Below the pieces are notes generated by a model. The model searched no databases. It saw only the letters and a program-made list of their open reading frames with translations, and was not told the origin of the DNA. A stretch of DNA of 20,000 nucleotides from Folioceros fuciformis (lineage: Eukaryota): contig JBNGIO010006317.1 in assembly GCA_049999805.1 (NCBI GenBank), forward strand, positions 189,182-209,181. The letters are read 5' to 3'. Position 1 is the stretch's first letter. Every line of letters starts with the position of its first letter. Position numbers and translations under genes: made by a program. Positions 19,532 through 20,000 of the stretch are shown here, piece by piece.

Positions 19532-20000
19532 CCACCCCGAAAACGCTCACTGGCACCAGAGCATCGCCGCCATCACCACAGCCCCCGTCTTCCCCATTCT
19601 CATCATCCCGGCCCAGCTAAAGCCCCAGCTGCAGCAAACAAGCAAGCAGCACACGACCCACCACAGCGGCACGCAAGGCAAACGAAAAGGGCAAGGGCAA
19701 GGGTAGAAAAAGGCAAGGCAGAGCTCAAATCCCAGCCCTACCAGATCCACTTTCGCAATACACAGCCCCAACCCTACCAAGGTCCACCGCACCCACGCAG
19801 AGAGCCCACCAATCCAGCCAGCAGGTCAGCTGGCCGGGAGCAGAAGAGCGGGCCAGGCAGGAAGAAGGGGGCCGGCGCTGGAGGAGGCGAGCGGGATTGC
19901 AGAAGCAGGAAGGACGCGGCGAACGAGGAGGAGAGCGCGGAGGGATGGAAGGAAGGAGGAAAGGAAGGAAGGGAGGAGGGAGGCGCAGCGAAGTGGGGGA

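Overview
Compact, GC-rich land-plant nuclear DNA. The PPR domain types present (DYW:KP, WW-type DYW, 37-aa long-L motifs) suggest a hornwort-like or other seed-free plant; this is an inference. The left two-thirds is a birth-and-death cluster of PLS-class PPR organellar RNA-editing factor genes. It holds (i) an intact PPR-E1-E2-DYW gene on the minus strand (5358-~8525) with a non-canonical KP-type deaminase domain (KPAxAxIEV, HAEKLA, CxDC, C-terminus ...CSCGDVH), the class linked to reverse U-to-C editing; (ii) head-to-head with it, a PLS gene (9770-12619, +) whose WW-type DYW domain has lost its catalytic residues; (iii) a multiply disabled PPR pseudogene (~1800-3250, -); and (iv) a ~190-bp relic of a fourth PPR gene start inside the divergent intergenic region. 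An intronless eIF1A CDS (4347-4784, -) sits inside the cluster. An F-box/Kelch gene (18031-19422, -) lies at the right end next to a 100-N assembly gap. At ~14.3-14.7 kb there is a promoter-like island (telo-box, TATA-like, six tandem site II motifs, G-box) with no recognisable gene on either side. Short candidate introns at 17-581 suggest an unidentified spliced minus-strand transcript leaving the window.
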